Source: Escherichia coli (GTDB lineage Bacteria > Pseudomonadota > Gammaproteobacteria > Enterobacterales > Enterobacteriaceae). Taken from it: a stretch of 64,000 nucleotides of DNA. The stretch lies in the NCBI RefSeq assembly GCF_003334335.1, contig NZ_QOWQ01000013.1; one strand, given 5' to 3'. Below are positions 14,622 to 27,099 of the stretch, piece after piece (within the stretch, counting starts at the first letter, position 1; every line of letters starts with the position of its first letter). The notes below the pieces were generated by a model. It made no database searches. It was not told the DNA's origin and was given only the letters and a program-made list of their open reading frames with translations. The position numbers and the translations under genes were made by a program.

Positions 14622-14665
14622 ATTGATAATGATAACCAATATCATATGATAATTTTTATCATTTG
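14622..14665. promoter_or_regulatory. Fur box region upstream of yjjZ
   Basis: gataatgataaccaatatcatatgataatttttatcatt; overlapping matches to Fur consensus GATAATGATAATCATTATC. Confidence 0.6.
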
Positions 14666-14710
14666 CAAGCCAGAGAAATCCCTTGCTATCGGATAAACCT
14701 ATCGCTAGGA

Positions 14711-14730
14711 TTAGCAATCATTATCATTTA
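14711..14730. promoter_or_regulatory. Fur box immediately upstream of fhuF
   Basis: ttagcaatcattatcattta, 17 bp before the fhuF ATG. Confidence 0.6.
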
Positions 14731-14746
14731 GATTACTATCCCGATT

Positions 14747-15535
14747 ATGGCCTATCGTTCCGCACCGCTCTATGAAGATGTTATCTGGCGAACGCATCTC
14801 CAGCCACAGGATGCTGGGCTTGCACAAGCCGTACGTGCGACGATCGCCAAACATCGTGAACATTTGCTCGAGTTTATCCGCCTGGATGAACCCGCTCCGC
14901 TTAACGCCATGACGCTGGCGCAATGGTCATCACCGAATGCGCTAAGTTCTCTACTCGCGGTCTATTCCGATCATATCTATCGCAACCAACCAACGATGAT
15001 CCGCGAGAACAAACCGCTGATCTCACTATGGGCACAATGGTATATCGGCCTGATGGTGCCACCATTAATGCTGGCGCTACTGACGCAGGAAAAGGCATTA
15101 GATGTGTCGCCGGAACATTTCCACGTTGAGTTTCACGAAACCGGCCGTGCCGCCTGTTTCTGGGTCGATGTGTGTGAAGATAAAAACGCAACACCACATT
15201 CGCCGCAGCAGCGAATGGAAACGTTAATCAGCCAGGCGCTGGTTCCGGTTGTGCAGGCACTAGAAGCGACCGGAGAGATCAACGGCAAACTTATCTGGAG
15301 TAATACCGGTTATTTGATCAACTGGTATCTCACTGAGATGAAGCAACTGCTCGGCGAGGCGACGGTTGAATCGCTGCGCCATGCCCTCTTTTTTGAGAAA
15401 ACGCTCACGAACGGTGAAGATAATCCACTCTGGCGTACCGTGGTACTGCGCGACGGCCTGCTGGTGCGCCGCACTTGCTGCCAGCGTTATCGCTTACCGG
15501 ATGTGCAGCAATGTGGCGATTGTACGCTGAAATGA
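14747..15535 (+). CDS. fhuF: Ferric-siderophore reductase FhuF (C-terminal 2Fe-2S cluster)
   Basis: 262 aa ending CCQRYRLPDVQQCGDCTLK (C-C-x10-C-x2-C). Confidence 0.9.
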   Translation: MAYRSAPLYEDVIWRTHLQPQDAGLAQAVRATIAKHREHLLEFIRLDEPAPLNAMTLAQWSSPNALSSLLAVYSDHIYRNQPTMIRENKPLISLWAQWYIGLMVPPLMLALLTQEKALDVSPEHFHVEFHETGRAACFWVDVCEDKNATPHSPQQRMETLISQALVPVVQALEATGEINGKLIWSNTGYLINWYLTEMKQLLGEATVESLRHALFFEKTLTNGEDNPLWRTVVLRDGLLVRRTCCQRYRLPDVQQCGDCTLK

Positions 15536-15572
15536 AAGCACTGCCGGGGAAGTAAACCCGGCATAATGCGGA

Positions 15573-16250
15573 TTAATAGGGATGCAACACATTACTTGCT
15601 TCGCAATGCCGCATACATAACAGAATATCTGCGGCCTCCAACAACCCTGCATCAGAACTGACGCCCAGTTTCGACATCACATTAAATTTATGTGCACGGA
15701 TCGTTTTGATATTGCGTTTAAGCTGCTCGGCAATTTGTGTCATTGAGTAGCCACGCGACATAAAGCGCAATATTTCTCTCTCCGTCGGGCTTAACGTCCG
15801 GCTTTGGTTAATGTACCACTGATTGTTCAGTCGGTCGGTCGCCTGACGTACACCATTTAATGACAAAAAGAGTTCCTGATGAAAAATCTCCAGCGTTGAC
15901 GCTTTACTTAATACACCGTCCAGCGGTGATGGCGACAATGAACCAATCAGCCGAGCTTCAATATCATCATCCGCAATAACTAAACGCCGGGTACGCGGAA
16001 ACTTAATCGCCAGTTCAGTCAGGCAAGATAATCCCTCTCTGCGCTCACTTCTCATGGCAGAAAAAGAAAAAATAACCGCCGCAAATGAGATCCGCGACAT
16101 GGCATCCTGAAATGACTCCTGACTGGTATAGGTATGGAGCTTATAAGGGTTACCCGCAAACTTTCTGAATAAACTCTCAATACCGATACTGCTCATGACG
16201 CATTTTTCTATGAGTGCGACATTTCTCTTCTTAATTCGGCTGTGTTCCAT
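15573..16250 (-). CDS. bglJ: LuxR-family transcriptional activator BglJ
   Basis: 225 aa with C-terminal LuxR HTH ([24 protein letters not shown]). Confidence 0.85.
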
Positions 16251-16933
16251 TCTGCGGCATCTCCATAAACAGAAGGCAAGTTAAGTTCTCTTGCACCCTG
16301 CGCGCTATTTATCCATGCATACATTTCAGCGTTGCTGTGAATTGCCAGTCGACGCATCGCACTGTTTTTTTGGGCGCTGATAGTTTTATTACTTTTCTTA
16401 AGCAACGAAGCTATCTGGTTGATGCCCCATCCTTTACCTAATAGCCGCAGTACCTTGCGCTCTGAAAGAGTGAGAATGACGGAGCGATAGCTAAAATCAT
16501 GAGTTTCAGTCATTGCCGGAGAGGTCAGCATGGCGCTGATACGCTCTGCGTGCGTATTGCCGGAACGTACGGTCTTGACCAGATTCTCAATGGGTTCAAC
16601 ATCAGACAATAACGTCGCCGTAGGGCACATGAGCAATTCTACTGCCTGGGAATACCAGGAGCGTGACACCATGAAAACCCAGTGAATTTCCCGATATTGT
16701 GAAATTAAAGAATAATAATGCTCACAAACAGAACGTGGATCTTCACTTTCACCGGCTAAATCAGCAATGACTAATCCGGAACGACGTAATTGTAATAAGG
16801 TAAGGTCCTCCGCAGAGGCGCTGGATATTATTTCATATTCAGGGAAGTGAGTCCTCATGACCTCTTTTAACCCTGCTTGCATAACAGGTATTTTACTGAT
16901 AACAATTCCATTTTTGCAGCATCCTGGCAACAT
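16208..16933 (-). CDS. yjjQ: LuxR-family transcriptional regulator YjjQ
   Basis: 241 aa, C-terminal LuxR HTH ([22 protein letters not shown]); overlaps bglJ by 43 nt. Confidence 0.85.
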
Positions 16934-17551
16934 ATTTCCTCCACATCCACTGTCTAAAAATCATGATGGTTTATTCAGGATATTCATTCCTTAAATGTTT
17001 CCAGCAAATTAATAGATTAAGCGAATAAATTATCCTTAGCATTCACTTTCATATCAGCATACTCCTGCTGCACAACAACTCCACTGCATGTGTCAGAAGG
17101 TTAGCATCAAATGATAACCTGGTGAAATAGCCTGGAGACATTTAAAATATCTACATTAAGTTGTTAGGAATACTTAATGAAAAACAGAAATCACATTCAT
17201 TTAATTTATAATTAAATGATATCCCTTCCCGCAGAATGAAAAATCACACAACCAATATTTATTCAATGAAATCTGATGGTTTTAACTTGTTAACATTAAA
17301 AAACGTGCCCGGTTATCTATAATCCTGATTCGTAAAGGCCAAACAATAAATTCATTATAGTGATAATATTCATGTGATAGTTTGTTTGCGGCGAGAGATA
17401 ATTCGCTTTTTATCACCGAGCTTGTCCCGATAACCAGGATTAATCAGCGCAATTTTGATCTTAACCTACCGCAAAACAACCGTGCTTCATGATACAAATG
17501 GATTCTCATTATCTGAACAATACGCAGCACGTCTATGACAAAGGGCGAGTT

Positions 17552-18786
<1,235 letters not shown>

Positions 18787-18892
18787 AATTGCCTCGCTTA
18801 AGCACACGGATGAGAGACAGCCTCCTCTCCTCCGTGTGTTACTATAAAAGTTATCTCCCTTCTCGTTCATCGTTCCATATTTGAGAAACAGT

Positions 18893-19432
18893 ATGTCTTC
18901 CAGAGTTTTGACCCCGGACGTCGTTGGTATTGACGCCCTGGTACACGATCACCAAACCGTTCTGGCAAAAGCTGAAGGCGGTGTGGTTGCCGTATTTGCT
19001 AACAATGCCCCGGCGTTTTATGCCGTCACGCCTGCACGCCTGGCTGAACTGCTGGCGCTGGAAGAAAAGCTGGCGCGTCCGGGAAGCGATGTCGCTCTGG
19101 ACGATCAACTCTATCAGGAACCGCAAGCCGCTCCCGTTGCTGTACCCATGGGGAAATTCGCCATGTATCCGGACTGGCAACCCGATGCCGACTTTATCCG
19201 CCTGGCGGCGCTATGGGGCGTGGCACTAAGAGAGCCGGTGACCACCGAAGAACTGGCCTCATTCATTGCCTACTGGCAGGCGGAAGGTAAAGTCTTTCAC
19301 CATGTACAGTGGCAACAAAAACTGGCGCGCAGCCTGCAAATCGGTCGTGCCAGCAACGGCGGACTGCCGAAACGAGATGTGAATACGGTCAGCGAACCTG
19401 ACAGCCAAATTCCACCAGGATTCAGAGGGTAA
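18893..19432 (+). CDS. dnaT: Primosomal protein DnaT
   Basis: 179 aa from [29 protein letters not shown]; immediately upstream of dnaC. Confidence 0.9.
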
Positions 19433-19434
19433 CG

Positions 19435-20172
19435 ATGAAAAACGTTGGCGACCTGATGCAACGCCTGCAAAAAATGATGCCTGCCCATATCAAACCTGCT
19501 TTCAAAACGGGTGAAGAACTACTGGCCTGGCAGAAAGAACAAGGGGCGATCCGCTCCGCCGCTCTCGAACGTGAAAATCGGGCGATGAAAATGCAGCGCA
19601 CCTTTAACCGCTCCGGTATTCGTCCACTGCATCAGAACTGCTCCTTTGAGAACTATCGCGTTGAGTGTGAAGGGCAAATGAATGCGTTAAGCAAAGCGCG
19701 CCAGTATGTCGAAGAGTTTGACGGCAACATCGCCAGCTTCATCTTTTCTGGTAAGCCAGGAACCGGTAAAAACCATCTGGCGGCAGCAATCTGCAACGAG
19801 CTGCTGCTACGCGGTAAATCCGTATTGATCATCACCGTGGCCGATATTATGTCGGCGATGAAAGATACCTTCAGGAATAGCGGTACCAGCGAAGAACAAC
19901 TGCTTAACGATCTGAGCAACGTTGATCTGCTGGTGATCGATGAGATCGGCGTGCAGACCGAATCGAAATACGAAAAAGTGATCATCAACCAGATCGTCGA
20001 TCGCCGCTCTTCTTCCAAACGCCCAACCGGGATGCTGACCAACAGTAATATGGAAGAGATGACCAAGTTGCTGGGCGAACGCGTGATGGACCGTATGCGC
20101 CTGGGTAACAGTTTGTGGGTGATCTTCAACTGGGATAGCTACCGTAGCCGGGTAACGGGTAAAGAGTATTAA
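19435..20172 (+). CDS. dnaC: DNA replication helicase loader DnaC
   Basis: 245 aa; Walker A GKPGTGKNHLAAAI, Walker B LLVIDEIG. Confidence 0.95.
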   Translation: MKNVGDLMQRLQKMMPAHIKPAFKTGEELLAWQKEQGAIRSAALERENRAMKMQRTFNRSGIRPLHQNCSFENYRVECEGQMNALSKARQYVEEFDGNIASFIFSGKPGTGKNHLAAAICNELLLRGKSVLIITVADIMSAMKDTFRNSGTSEEQLLNDLSNVDLLVIDEIGVQTESKYEKVIINQIVDRRSSSKRPTGMLTNSNMEEMTKLLGERVMDRMRLGNSLWVIFNWDSYRSRVTGKEY

Positions 20173-20217
20173 TCCCCGTTTCTGGCGGTATACTGCGACA
20201 CAATTCCACCTTGAGTA

Positions 20218-20715
20218 ATGATGATGAAAACTGTTAAACATCTTCTGTGCTGTGCCATTGCCGCCAGCGCATTAATTTCCACCGGGGTGCATGCTGCGTC
20301 CTGGAAAGATGCGCTCTCCAGCGCCGCCAGCGAACTTGGCAACCAAAACAGCACGACACAGGAAGGCGGTTGGTCGCTCGCGTCATTAACTAACTTGCTT
20401 AGCAGCGGGAACCAGGCCTTAAGCGCAGATAACATGAACAATGCCGCAGGCATTCTGCAATACTGCGCGAAGCAAAAGCTGGCGTCGGTAACCGATGCCG
20501 AAAACATCAAGAATCAGGTGCTGGAAAAGCTGGGCCTGAACAGTGAAGAGCAAAAAGAGGACACCAACTATCTGGACGGCATTCAGGGTTTGCTGAAAAC
20601 CAAAGATGGTCAGCAACTCAATCTGGATAACATCGGAACGACTCCGCTGGCAGAAAAGGTGAAAACCAAAGCCTGCGATCTGGTGTTAAAGCAGGGGCTG
20701 AACTTCATTTCCTGA
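20218..20715 (+). CDS. yjjA: Secreted/periplasmic protein YjjA (DUF2501)
   Basis: About 164 aa with N-terminal signal peptide (MKTVKHLLCCAIAASALISTGVHA); start may be 1-2 codons downstream. Confidence 0.8.
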   Translation: MMMKTVKHLLCCAIAASALISTGVHAASWKDALSSAASELGNQNSTTQEGGWSLASLTNLLSSGNQALSADNMNNAAGILQYCAKQKLASVTDAENIKNQVLEKLGLNSEEQKEDTNYLDGIQGLLKTKDGQQLNLDNIGTTPLAEKVKTKACDLVLKQGLNFIS

Positions 20716-20968
20716 ACCGTTAAACGCCGCGTTTTAGCTGTTACCCGGCTGACGCGGCTCTCTCCTGCCCTTTTCCCTGCTCGTGGACGGTTTTACCCCT
20801 GTTACACGGGAAGCGACCGCGATCAAAAAAGTCTGTTTATAAACTAATTCCTAACAACATCGCATTTTTTTGACACTAGAATTGCAGCAATATAGCGACG
20901 CCATTACATTGTGCTTCTCAAAAAGCTTAAACGTTGGCTAAACGGCCCGGTTTAGTGAGGATCGCCCG

Positions 20969-23260
20969 TTGTCAGAACTACTCTCTTTCGCCCTTTTTCT
21001 CGCCTCTGTGCTGATTTACGCATGGAAAGCGGGACGTAACACCTGGTGGTTTGCAGCCACATTAACGGTGCTGGGGCTATTTGTCGTTTTAAATATCACC
21101 CTGTTTGCCAGCGACTATTTTACTGGCGATGGTATTAACGACGCGGTTCTCTATACCTTAACCAACAGCCTGACCGGTGCTGGCGTCAGCAAATACATCC
21201 TGCCGGGTATCGGCATTGTGCTGGGGCTGACGGCGGTGTTCGGTGCGCTGGGCTGGATCCTGCGCCGTCGTCGTCATCATCCGCACCATTTTGGTTACAG
21301 CCTGCTGGCACTCTTACTGGCGCTGGGTTCAGTGGATGCCAGCCCGGCATTTCGTCAGATAACGGAACTGGTGAAATCCCAGTCACGCGACGGCGACCCG
21401 GACTTTGCGGCTTATTATAAAGAGCCGTCGAAAACTATCACTGACCCGAAACTCAACCTGGTTTATATCTACGGCGAAAGTCTCGAGCGAACCTATTTTG
21501 ATAACGAAGCTTTCCCGGATCTCACGCCTGAACTGGGCGCGTTGAAAAATGAAGGCCTAGATTTCAGCCACACGCAGCAGCTGCCAGGAACGGATTACAC
21601 GATTGCGGGCATGGTGGCTTCTCAGTGCGGCATACCGCTGTTTGCCCCCTTTGAAGGCAACGCCTCCGCTTCTGTTTCCAGCTTCTTCCCGCAGAACATC
21701 TGTCTGGGCGATATCCTGAAAAACTCGGGTTATCAGAACTATTTCGTGCAGGGCGCGAATCTGCGTTTTGCCGGTAAAGATGTGTTCCTGAAGTCGCATG
21801 GCTTCGACCACTTATACGGCTCAGAAGAGCTGAAAAGCGTGGTCGCCGACCCGCACTATCGCAACGACTGGGGATTCTACGACGATACCGTTCTCGATGA
21901 AGCGTGGAAAAAGTTTGAAGAGCTTTCCCGCTCAGGTCAGCGATTCTCACTGTTTACCCTGACAGTCGATACCCATCACCCGGATGGTTTTATCTCGCGC
22001 ACCTGTAACCGCAAAAAATATGATTTTGACGGTAAGCCGAATCAGTCATTCAGCGCGGTAAGTTGCAGCCAGGAGAACATCGCGACGTTTATCAACAAAA
22101 TCAAAGCGTCACCGTGGTTTAAAGATACTGTCATCGTCGTCTCTTCTGACCATTTAGCGATGAACAACACGGCGTGGAAATACCTCAATAAGCAGGATCG
22201 CAATAACCTGTTTTTTGTCATCCGTGGCGACAAGCCGCAGCAAGAGACGCTGGCAGTGAAGCGTAATACGATGGATAACGGCGCGACGGTGCTGGACATT
22301 CTCGGTGGCGATAACTATCTCGGACTTGGTCGTAGCAGTTTATCCGGGCAGTCAATGTCGGAAATCTTCCTCAATATCAAAGAGAAAACATTGGCGTGGA
22401 AGCCGGATATCATCCGCCTGTGGAAATTCCCTAAAGAGATGAAAGAGTTCACCATCGACCAGCAGAAAAACATGATTGCCTTCTCGGGTAGCCATTTCCG
22501 TTTGCCGCTGCTGTTGCGGGTTTCAGACAAACGCGTGGAACCGCTGCCGGAAAGCGAATACTCAGCACCGCTGCGTTTCCAGCTGGCCGATTTCGCTCCA
22601 CGCGACAATTTCGTCTGGGTTGACCGTTGCTATAAGATGGCACAACTCTGGGCTCCGGAACTGGCACTTTCCACCGACTGGTGTGTCTCGCAGGGGCAGC
22701 TTGGCGGTCAGCAAATTGTCCAGCATGTTGATAAAACAATGTGGAAGGGCAAAACGGCATTTAAAGATACGGTCATCGACATGGCGCGTTACAAAGGCAA
22801 TGTCGATACGCTGAAGATTGTTGATAACGATATTCGCTACAAAGCCGACAGTTTCATCTTTAACGTCGCCGGTGCGCCAGAAGAGGTGAAACAGTTTAGC
22901 GGGATTTCCCGTCCGGAGTCGTGGGGCCGCTGGTCCAACGCGCAGCTGGGCGATGAAGTAAAAATCGAGTACAAGCATCCGCTGCCGAAGAAATTTGACC
23001 TGGTGATTACCGCCAAAGCATACGGCAATAACGCCAGCCGTCCTATTCCGGTACGCGTAGGCAATGAAGAACAAACTCTTGTGCTGGGCAATGAAGTGAC
23101 CACCACCACACTGCATTTCGATAACCCAACCGATGCCGACACACTGGTAATTGTGCCGCCGGAACCTGTCTCAACCAACGAAGGGAATATCCTCGGACAC
23201 TCGCCGCGTAAGCTCGGGATCGGCATGGTGGAAATTAAAGTTGTGGAACGTGAAGGGTAA
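20969..23260 (+). CDS. opgB: Phosphoglycerol transferase I (osmoregulated periplasmic glucan biosynthesis)
   Basis: 763 aa; TTG start predicted by track; N-terminal TM segments plus sulfatase-like catalytic domain. Confidence 0.9.
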   Translation: MSELLSFALFLASVLIYAWKAGRNTWWFAATLTVLGLFVVLNITLFASDYFTGDGINDAVLYTLTNSLTGAGVSKYILPGIGIVLGLTAVFGALGWILRRRRHHPHHFGYSLLALLLALGSVDASPAFRQITELVKSQSRDGDPDFAAYYKEPSKTITDPKLNLVYIYGESLERTYFDNEAFPDLTPELGALKNEGLDFSHTQQLPGTDYTIAGMVASQCGIPLFAPFEGNASASVSSFFPQNICLGDILKNSGYQNYFVQGANLRFAGKDVFLKSHGFDHLYGSEELKSVVADPHYRNDWGFYDDTVLDEAWKKFEELSRSGQRFSLFTLTVDTHHPDGFISRTCNRKKYDFDGKPNQSFSAVSCSQENIATFINKIKASPWFKDTVIVVSSDHLAMNNTAWKYLNKQDRNNLFFVIRGDKPQQETLAVKRNTMDNGATVLDILGGDNYLGLGRSSLSGQSMSEIFLNIKEKTLAWKPDIIRLWKFPKEMKEFTIDQQKNMIAFSGSHFRLPLLLRVSDKRVEPLPESEYSAPLRFQLADFAPRDNFVWVDRCYKMAQLWAPELALSTDWCVSQGQLGGQQIVQHVDKTMWKGKTAFKDTVIDMARYKGNVDTLKIVDNDIRYKADSFIFNVAGAPEEVKQFSGISRPESWGRWSNAQLGDEVKIEYKHPLPKKFDLVITAKAYGNNASRPIPVRVGNEEQTLVLGNEVTTTTLHFDNPTDADTLVIVPPEPVSTNEGNILGHSPRKLGIGMVEIKVVEREG

Positions 23261-23265
23261 TTCCT

Positions 23266-23320
23266 GACTGATGTGTAGGTCGCATAAGGTGCGACCTACA
23301 CACCTTCTCCGGCCTACAAA
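23266..23320. repeat. REP palindrome downstream of opgB (likely also a transcript-stabilising/terminating hairpin)
   Basis: gtgtaggtcgcataaggtgcgacctacac perfect inverted repeat followed by ccggcctacaaa. Confidence 0.7.
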
Positions 23321-23399
23321 ACATCATTGAGAAACAGAAAAAAAACAGCGCCCAACACTTCCCCGGACGCTGCATGGCAACTTTAATAATCTCGCCTTA

Positions 23400-24422
23400 T
23401 CAGAAAGTAATTACACCCTTAATCAACTCACGATTGTTAATCACATCGCGCTCGTAGGTTTCTGCCAGCGTGGCGAACGGATAGCGATGGGTTAACATCA
23501 TGTCAGCAGTGATTTTTCCTTCCGCCATCAGTCGACCGACTTTAGCAAAATCTTCCGGCGTGGCGTTGCGGCTGCCCATCATCGTCGTTTCTTTTTTATG
23601 GAATTCCGGATCGGAGAACTGCAACTCACCTTTAAACAGGCCGACAAATACCACCGTGCCGCCGTGACGAATCAGATTTACGGTGTTATTCATCGCATGT
23701 TGATTACCTGTCGCGTCGATCACTTTCTGCGCCAGCGAACCACCAAACTGCGCCCGCAGCTGCGCGTCAAAATCTTCGGCTGACGGGTCCAGCACGGGCA
23801 ACTCCAGACGCGTTGCCACATGTTCTCGGCGTGCCGGACTGGTATCCGCCACCACCACCTGTGCGCCATCAGCTTTAGCGATTGCCGCCGCGCCCAGACC
23901 GATTGGCCCCGCCCCGACCACCAGCACCTGCTCGCCGGGAGCAATGGCTGCACGACGCACCGCATGTGCGCTAATAGCGAAAGGTTCAATCAATGCTGCC
24001 GCCTGCGGGTCAATACCGTCTGCGGGCAAAATGTTCGCCACCGGCACGCTCAAATACTCACTAAAACCACCATCCTGATGCACACCAATAACTGAAATTT
24101 TTTCACAGCAATTGGTACGCCCGCTTTTACACGCCGGACATTGCTGACAGGCAACATAAGGGATCACAGCAACTTGCTGACCATTTTTAAGATCAGCAAT
24201 ATTTTTACCCAGCCCAACAATCTCCCCACATATTTCATGGCCTAAAACCCGTGGATAACTAAAAAATGGTTGATTTCCACCCCAGGCATGAATATCGGTA
24301 CCGCAAATCCCGACAGACTTAATTTTTATTAATGCTTCATTGTCACCCGGAATAGGTATCTCGCGTTGTTTCCAGACTAATTCTTTCGGCTGCTGGCAAA
24401 TTAAAACATTCATTGTAGACAT
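23400..24422 (-). CDS. lgoD: L-galactonate 5-dehydrogenase (Zn-dependent MDR family)
   Basis: 340 aa from MSTMNVLICQQPKEL; GHEICGEI zinc-binding motif and VVGAGPIGL Rossmann motif. Confidence 0.9.
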   Translation of the reverse strand: MSTMNVLICQQPKELVWKQREIPIPGDNEALIKIKSVGICGTDIHAWGGNQPFFSYPRVLGHEICGEIVGLGKNIADLKNGQQVAVIPYVACQQCPACKSGRTNCCEKISVIGVHQDGGFSEYLSVPVANILPADGIDPQAAALIEPFAISAHAVRRAAIAPGEQVLVVGAGPIGLGAAAIAKADGAQVVVADTSPARREHVATRLELPVLDPSAEDFDAQLRAQFGGSLAQKVIDATGNQHAMNNTVNLIRHGGTVVFVGLFKGELQFSDPEFHKKETTMMGSRNATPEDFAKVGRLMAEGKITADMMLTHRYPFATLAETYERDVINNRELIKGVITF

Positions 24423-24560
24423 GATTCGGCTCTCCATTTTTTGTTGCCTTAGATATCAATGAAAATGAAAAATGGCAGCGGAACGGAAAATCTGTTTTGT
24501 GAAAACACACGCATAAAAATGTTTTAAATCGGGTTTTAATGGACTCACAAGGAGGAAAAT

Positions 24561-25475
24561 ATGAGTCGCTCACAAAATTTACGCCACAATGTGATTAACC
24601 AGGTCATTGATGATATGGCGCGGGGTCATATCCCTTCCCCACTTCCATCGCAAAGTGCGCTGGCGGAAATGTACAACATCAGCCGCACTACAGTGCGTCA
24701 TATTCTCAGCCACTTACGCGAATGCGGCGTCTTAACGCAGGTTGGAAACGACTATGTTATTGCGCGTAAACCTGACCATGATGACGGTTTCGCCTGTACT
24801 ACCGCTTCAATGAGTGAACAAAACAAAGTGTTTGAGCAGGCTTTTTTCACGATGATAAACCAGCGTCAGTTACGCCCTGGGGAAACTTTTTCTGAACTGC
24901 AACTGGCGCGGGCCGCGGGTGTCAGCCCGGTGGTTGTAAGAGAATATCTTTTAAAATTCGGCCGTTATAATCTTATTCAAAGCGAAAAGCGCGGCCAGTG
25001 GAGCATGAAGCAATTCGATCAATCCTACGCCGAGCAGCTGTTTGAGCTACGCGAAATGCTCGAAACACATTCACTTCAGCACTTTCTCAACCTGCCTGAT
25101 CATGATCCCCGCTGGCTGCAGGCGAAAACCATGCTCGAACGTCATCGGCTACTGCGTGACAACATCGGCAATAGCTTTCGCATGTTCTCGCAACTTGACA
25201 GAGATTTTCACTCCTTACTGCTTTCAGCTGCCGACAATATCTTTTTTGATCAATCGCTTGAGATCATCTCAGTCATCTTTCATTTTCACTATCAATGGGA
25301 CGAAAGCGATCTTAAACAGCGCAATATCATTGCCGTCGATGAGCATATGACCATTCTCAGCGCTCTGATTTGCCGCAGTGACCTTGATGCCACCCTTGCG
25401 CTCCGTAACCATTTGAATTCAGCTAAACAATCAATGATTCGATCCATTAATGAGAACACGCGTTATGCTCATTAA
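24561..25475 (+). CDS. lgoR: GntR/FadR-like transcriptional regulator of L-galactonate catabolism
   Basis: 304 aa; divergent from lgoD, upstream of lgoT; N-terminal HTH (ALAEMYNISRTTVRHIL). Confidence 0.85.
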   Translation: MSRSQNLRHNVINQVIDDMARGHIPSPLPSQSALAEMYNISRTTVRHILSHLRECGVLTQVGNDYVIARKPDHDDGFACTTASMSEQNKVFEQAFFTMINQRQLRPGETFSELQLARAAGVSPVVVREYLLKFGRYNLIQSEKRGQWSMKQFDQSYAEQLFELREMLETHSLQHFLNLPDHDPRWLQAKTMLERHRLLRDNIGNSFRMFSQLDRDFHSLLLSAADNIFFDQSLEIISVIFHFHYQWDESDLKQRNIIAVDEHMTILSALICRSDLDATLALRNHLNSAKQSMIRSINENTRYAH

Positions 25476-25689
25476 GTACGGATTAAAAACAGCAAACTAT
25501 TAGCGGGTGCACGGTTTTATCAAAAGATAAATACCGGGAAATTCCCGCTTACCTATGCTCACAATCAGTCGACTAAAAATGTTTTTGTGAGCGGTAGTAA
25601 AGTCCTAAAACTTTAACCTGCCGTTAATGTCAACCTTGCGTAATGCACAATTACGTAAACAATTAAAATTATAAATACAGGAGTCCGGC

Positions 25690-27051
25690 GTGGAAAAAGA
25701 AAATATCACCCTCGATCCGCGTTCTTCATTTACTCCATCTTCGTCGGCAGATATTCCCGTGCCACCAGATGGATTAGTTCAACGCAGTACCCGAATTAAA
25801 CGCATTCAAACCACCGCCATGTTGTTATTATTTTTTGCGGCGGTAATCAATTATCTCGACCGCAGTTCGCTGTCGGTAGCAAATTTAACGATTCGTGAAG
25901 AATTGGGATTAAGTGCCACCGAAATCGGCGCTTTGCTCTCCGTGTTTTCACTCGCTTACGGGATTGCGCAACTTCCTTGCGGCCCACTATTGGATCGTAA
26001 AGGCCCGCGCCTGATGCTGGGACTCGGGATGTTCTTCTGGTCACTGTTCCAGGCAATGTCTGGCATGGTGCACAGCTTTACGCAGTTCGTGTTGGTGCGT
26101 ATCGGTATGGGGATTGGTGAAGCGCCGATGAACCCATGCGGTGTAAAAGTCATTAACGACTGGTTCAACATCAAAGAGCGCGGACGCCCGATGGGCTTCT
26201 TCAACGCAGCTTCTACCATTGGCGTTGCCGTAAGCCCACCGATTCTGGCGGCGATGATGCTGGTGATGGGCTGGCGTGGGATGTTTATTACCATTGGTGT
26301 GCTGGGGATTTTTCTCGCCATTGGCTGGTATATGCTCTATCGCAACCGCGAGCACGTAGAACTGACTGCCGTTGAACAAGCTTACCTCAATGCTGGTAGC
26401 GTGAATGCCCGCCGAGATCCGCTCAGTTTTGCCGAATGGCGCAGCCTGTTCCGTAACCGCACAATGTGGGGAATGATGCTCGGATTCAGTGGCATCAACT
26501 ACACTGCGTGGCTGTATCTGGCCTGGCTTCCTGGTTACCTGCAAACAGCCTATAACCTGGATTTAAAAAGCACAGGGTTGATGGCGGCTATCCCTTTCCT
26601 GTTTGGGGCTGCCGGGATGCTGGTCAACGGTTACGTTACTGACTGGCTGGTCAAAGGGGGAATGGCTCCGATTAAAAGCCGTAAGATCTGCATTATTGCC
26701 GGGATGTTCTGTTCTGCCGCCTTTACGCTGGTCGTACCGCAAGCGACAACATCCATGACGGCGGTTCTGCTGATTGGCATGGCACTGTTCTGTATTCACT
26801 TTGCCGGAACATCCTGCTGGGGCTTGATCCACGTCGCAGTTGCTTCTCGCATGACTGCGTCGGTGGGCAGTATCCAGAACTTTGCCAGCTTCATCTGCGC
26901 CTCTTTCGCGCCGATCATTACTGGTTTTATTGTTGATACCACCCATTCATTCCGTCTGGCACTAATCATCTGCGGTTGCGTCACTGCGGCGGGTGCACTG
27001 GCGTACATCTTCCTGGTTCGTCAGCCGATCAACGACCCACGGAAAGATTAA
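25690..27051 (+). CDS. lgoT: MFS L-galactonate:H+ symporter
   Basis: 453 aa, 12-TM MFS with anion:cation symporter signature. Confidence 0.85.
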   Translation: MEKENITLDPRSSFTPSSSADIPVPPDGLVQRSTRIKRIQTTAMLLLFFAAVINYLDRSSLSVANLTIREELGLSATEIGALLSVFSLAYGIAQLPCGPLLDRKGPRLMLGLGMFFWSLFQAMSGMVHSFTQFVLVRIGMGIGEAPMNPCGVKVINDWFNIKERGRPMGFFNAASTIGVAVSPPILAAMMLVMGWRGMFITIGVLGIFLAIGWYMLYRNREHVELTAVEQAYLNAGSVNARRDPLSFAEWRSLFRNRTMWGMMLGFSGINYTAWLYLAWLPGYLQTAYNLDLKSTGLMAAIPFLFGAAGMLVNGYVTDWLVKGGMAPIKSRKICIIAGMFCSAAFTLVVPQATTSMTAVLLIGMALFCIHFAGTSCWGLIHVAVASRMTASVGSIQNFASFICASFAPIITGFIVDTTHSFRLALIICGCVTAAGALAYIFLVRQPINDPRKD

Positions 27052-27060
27052 TCTCCCTAT

Positions 27061-27094
27061 GCCCGATAACATTTTGCTTATCGGGCATTTTTAT
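27061..27094. terminator. Bidirectional Rho-independent terminator between lgoT and tsr
   Basis: gcccgataa-cattttgc-ttatcgggc stem-loop followed by attttta; A/T tracts on both sides. Confidence 0.6.
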
Positions 27095-27099
27095 GGCGA

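Noticed and set aside
22562-23116. 184-aa minus-strand ORF inside opgB
   Set aside because: Antisense shadow ORF within a conserved coding region.
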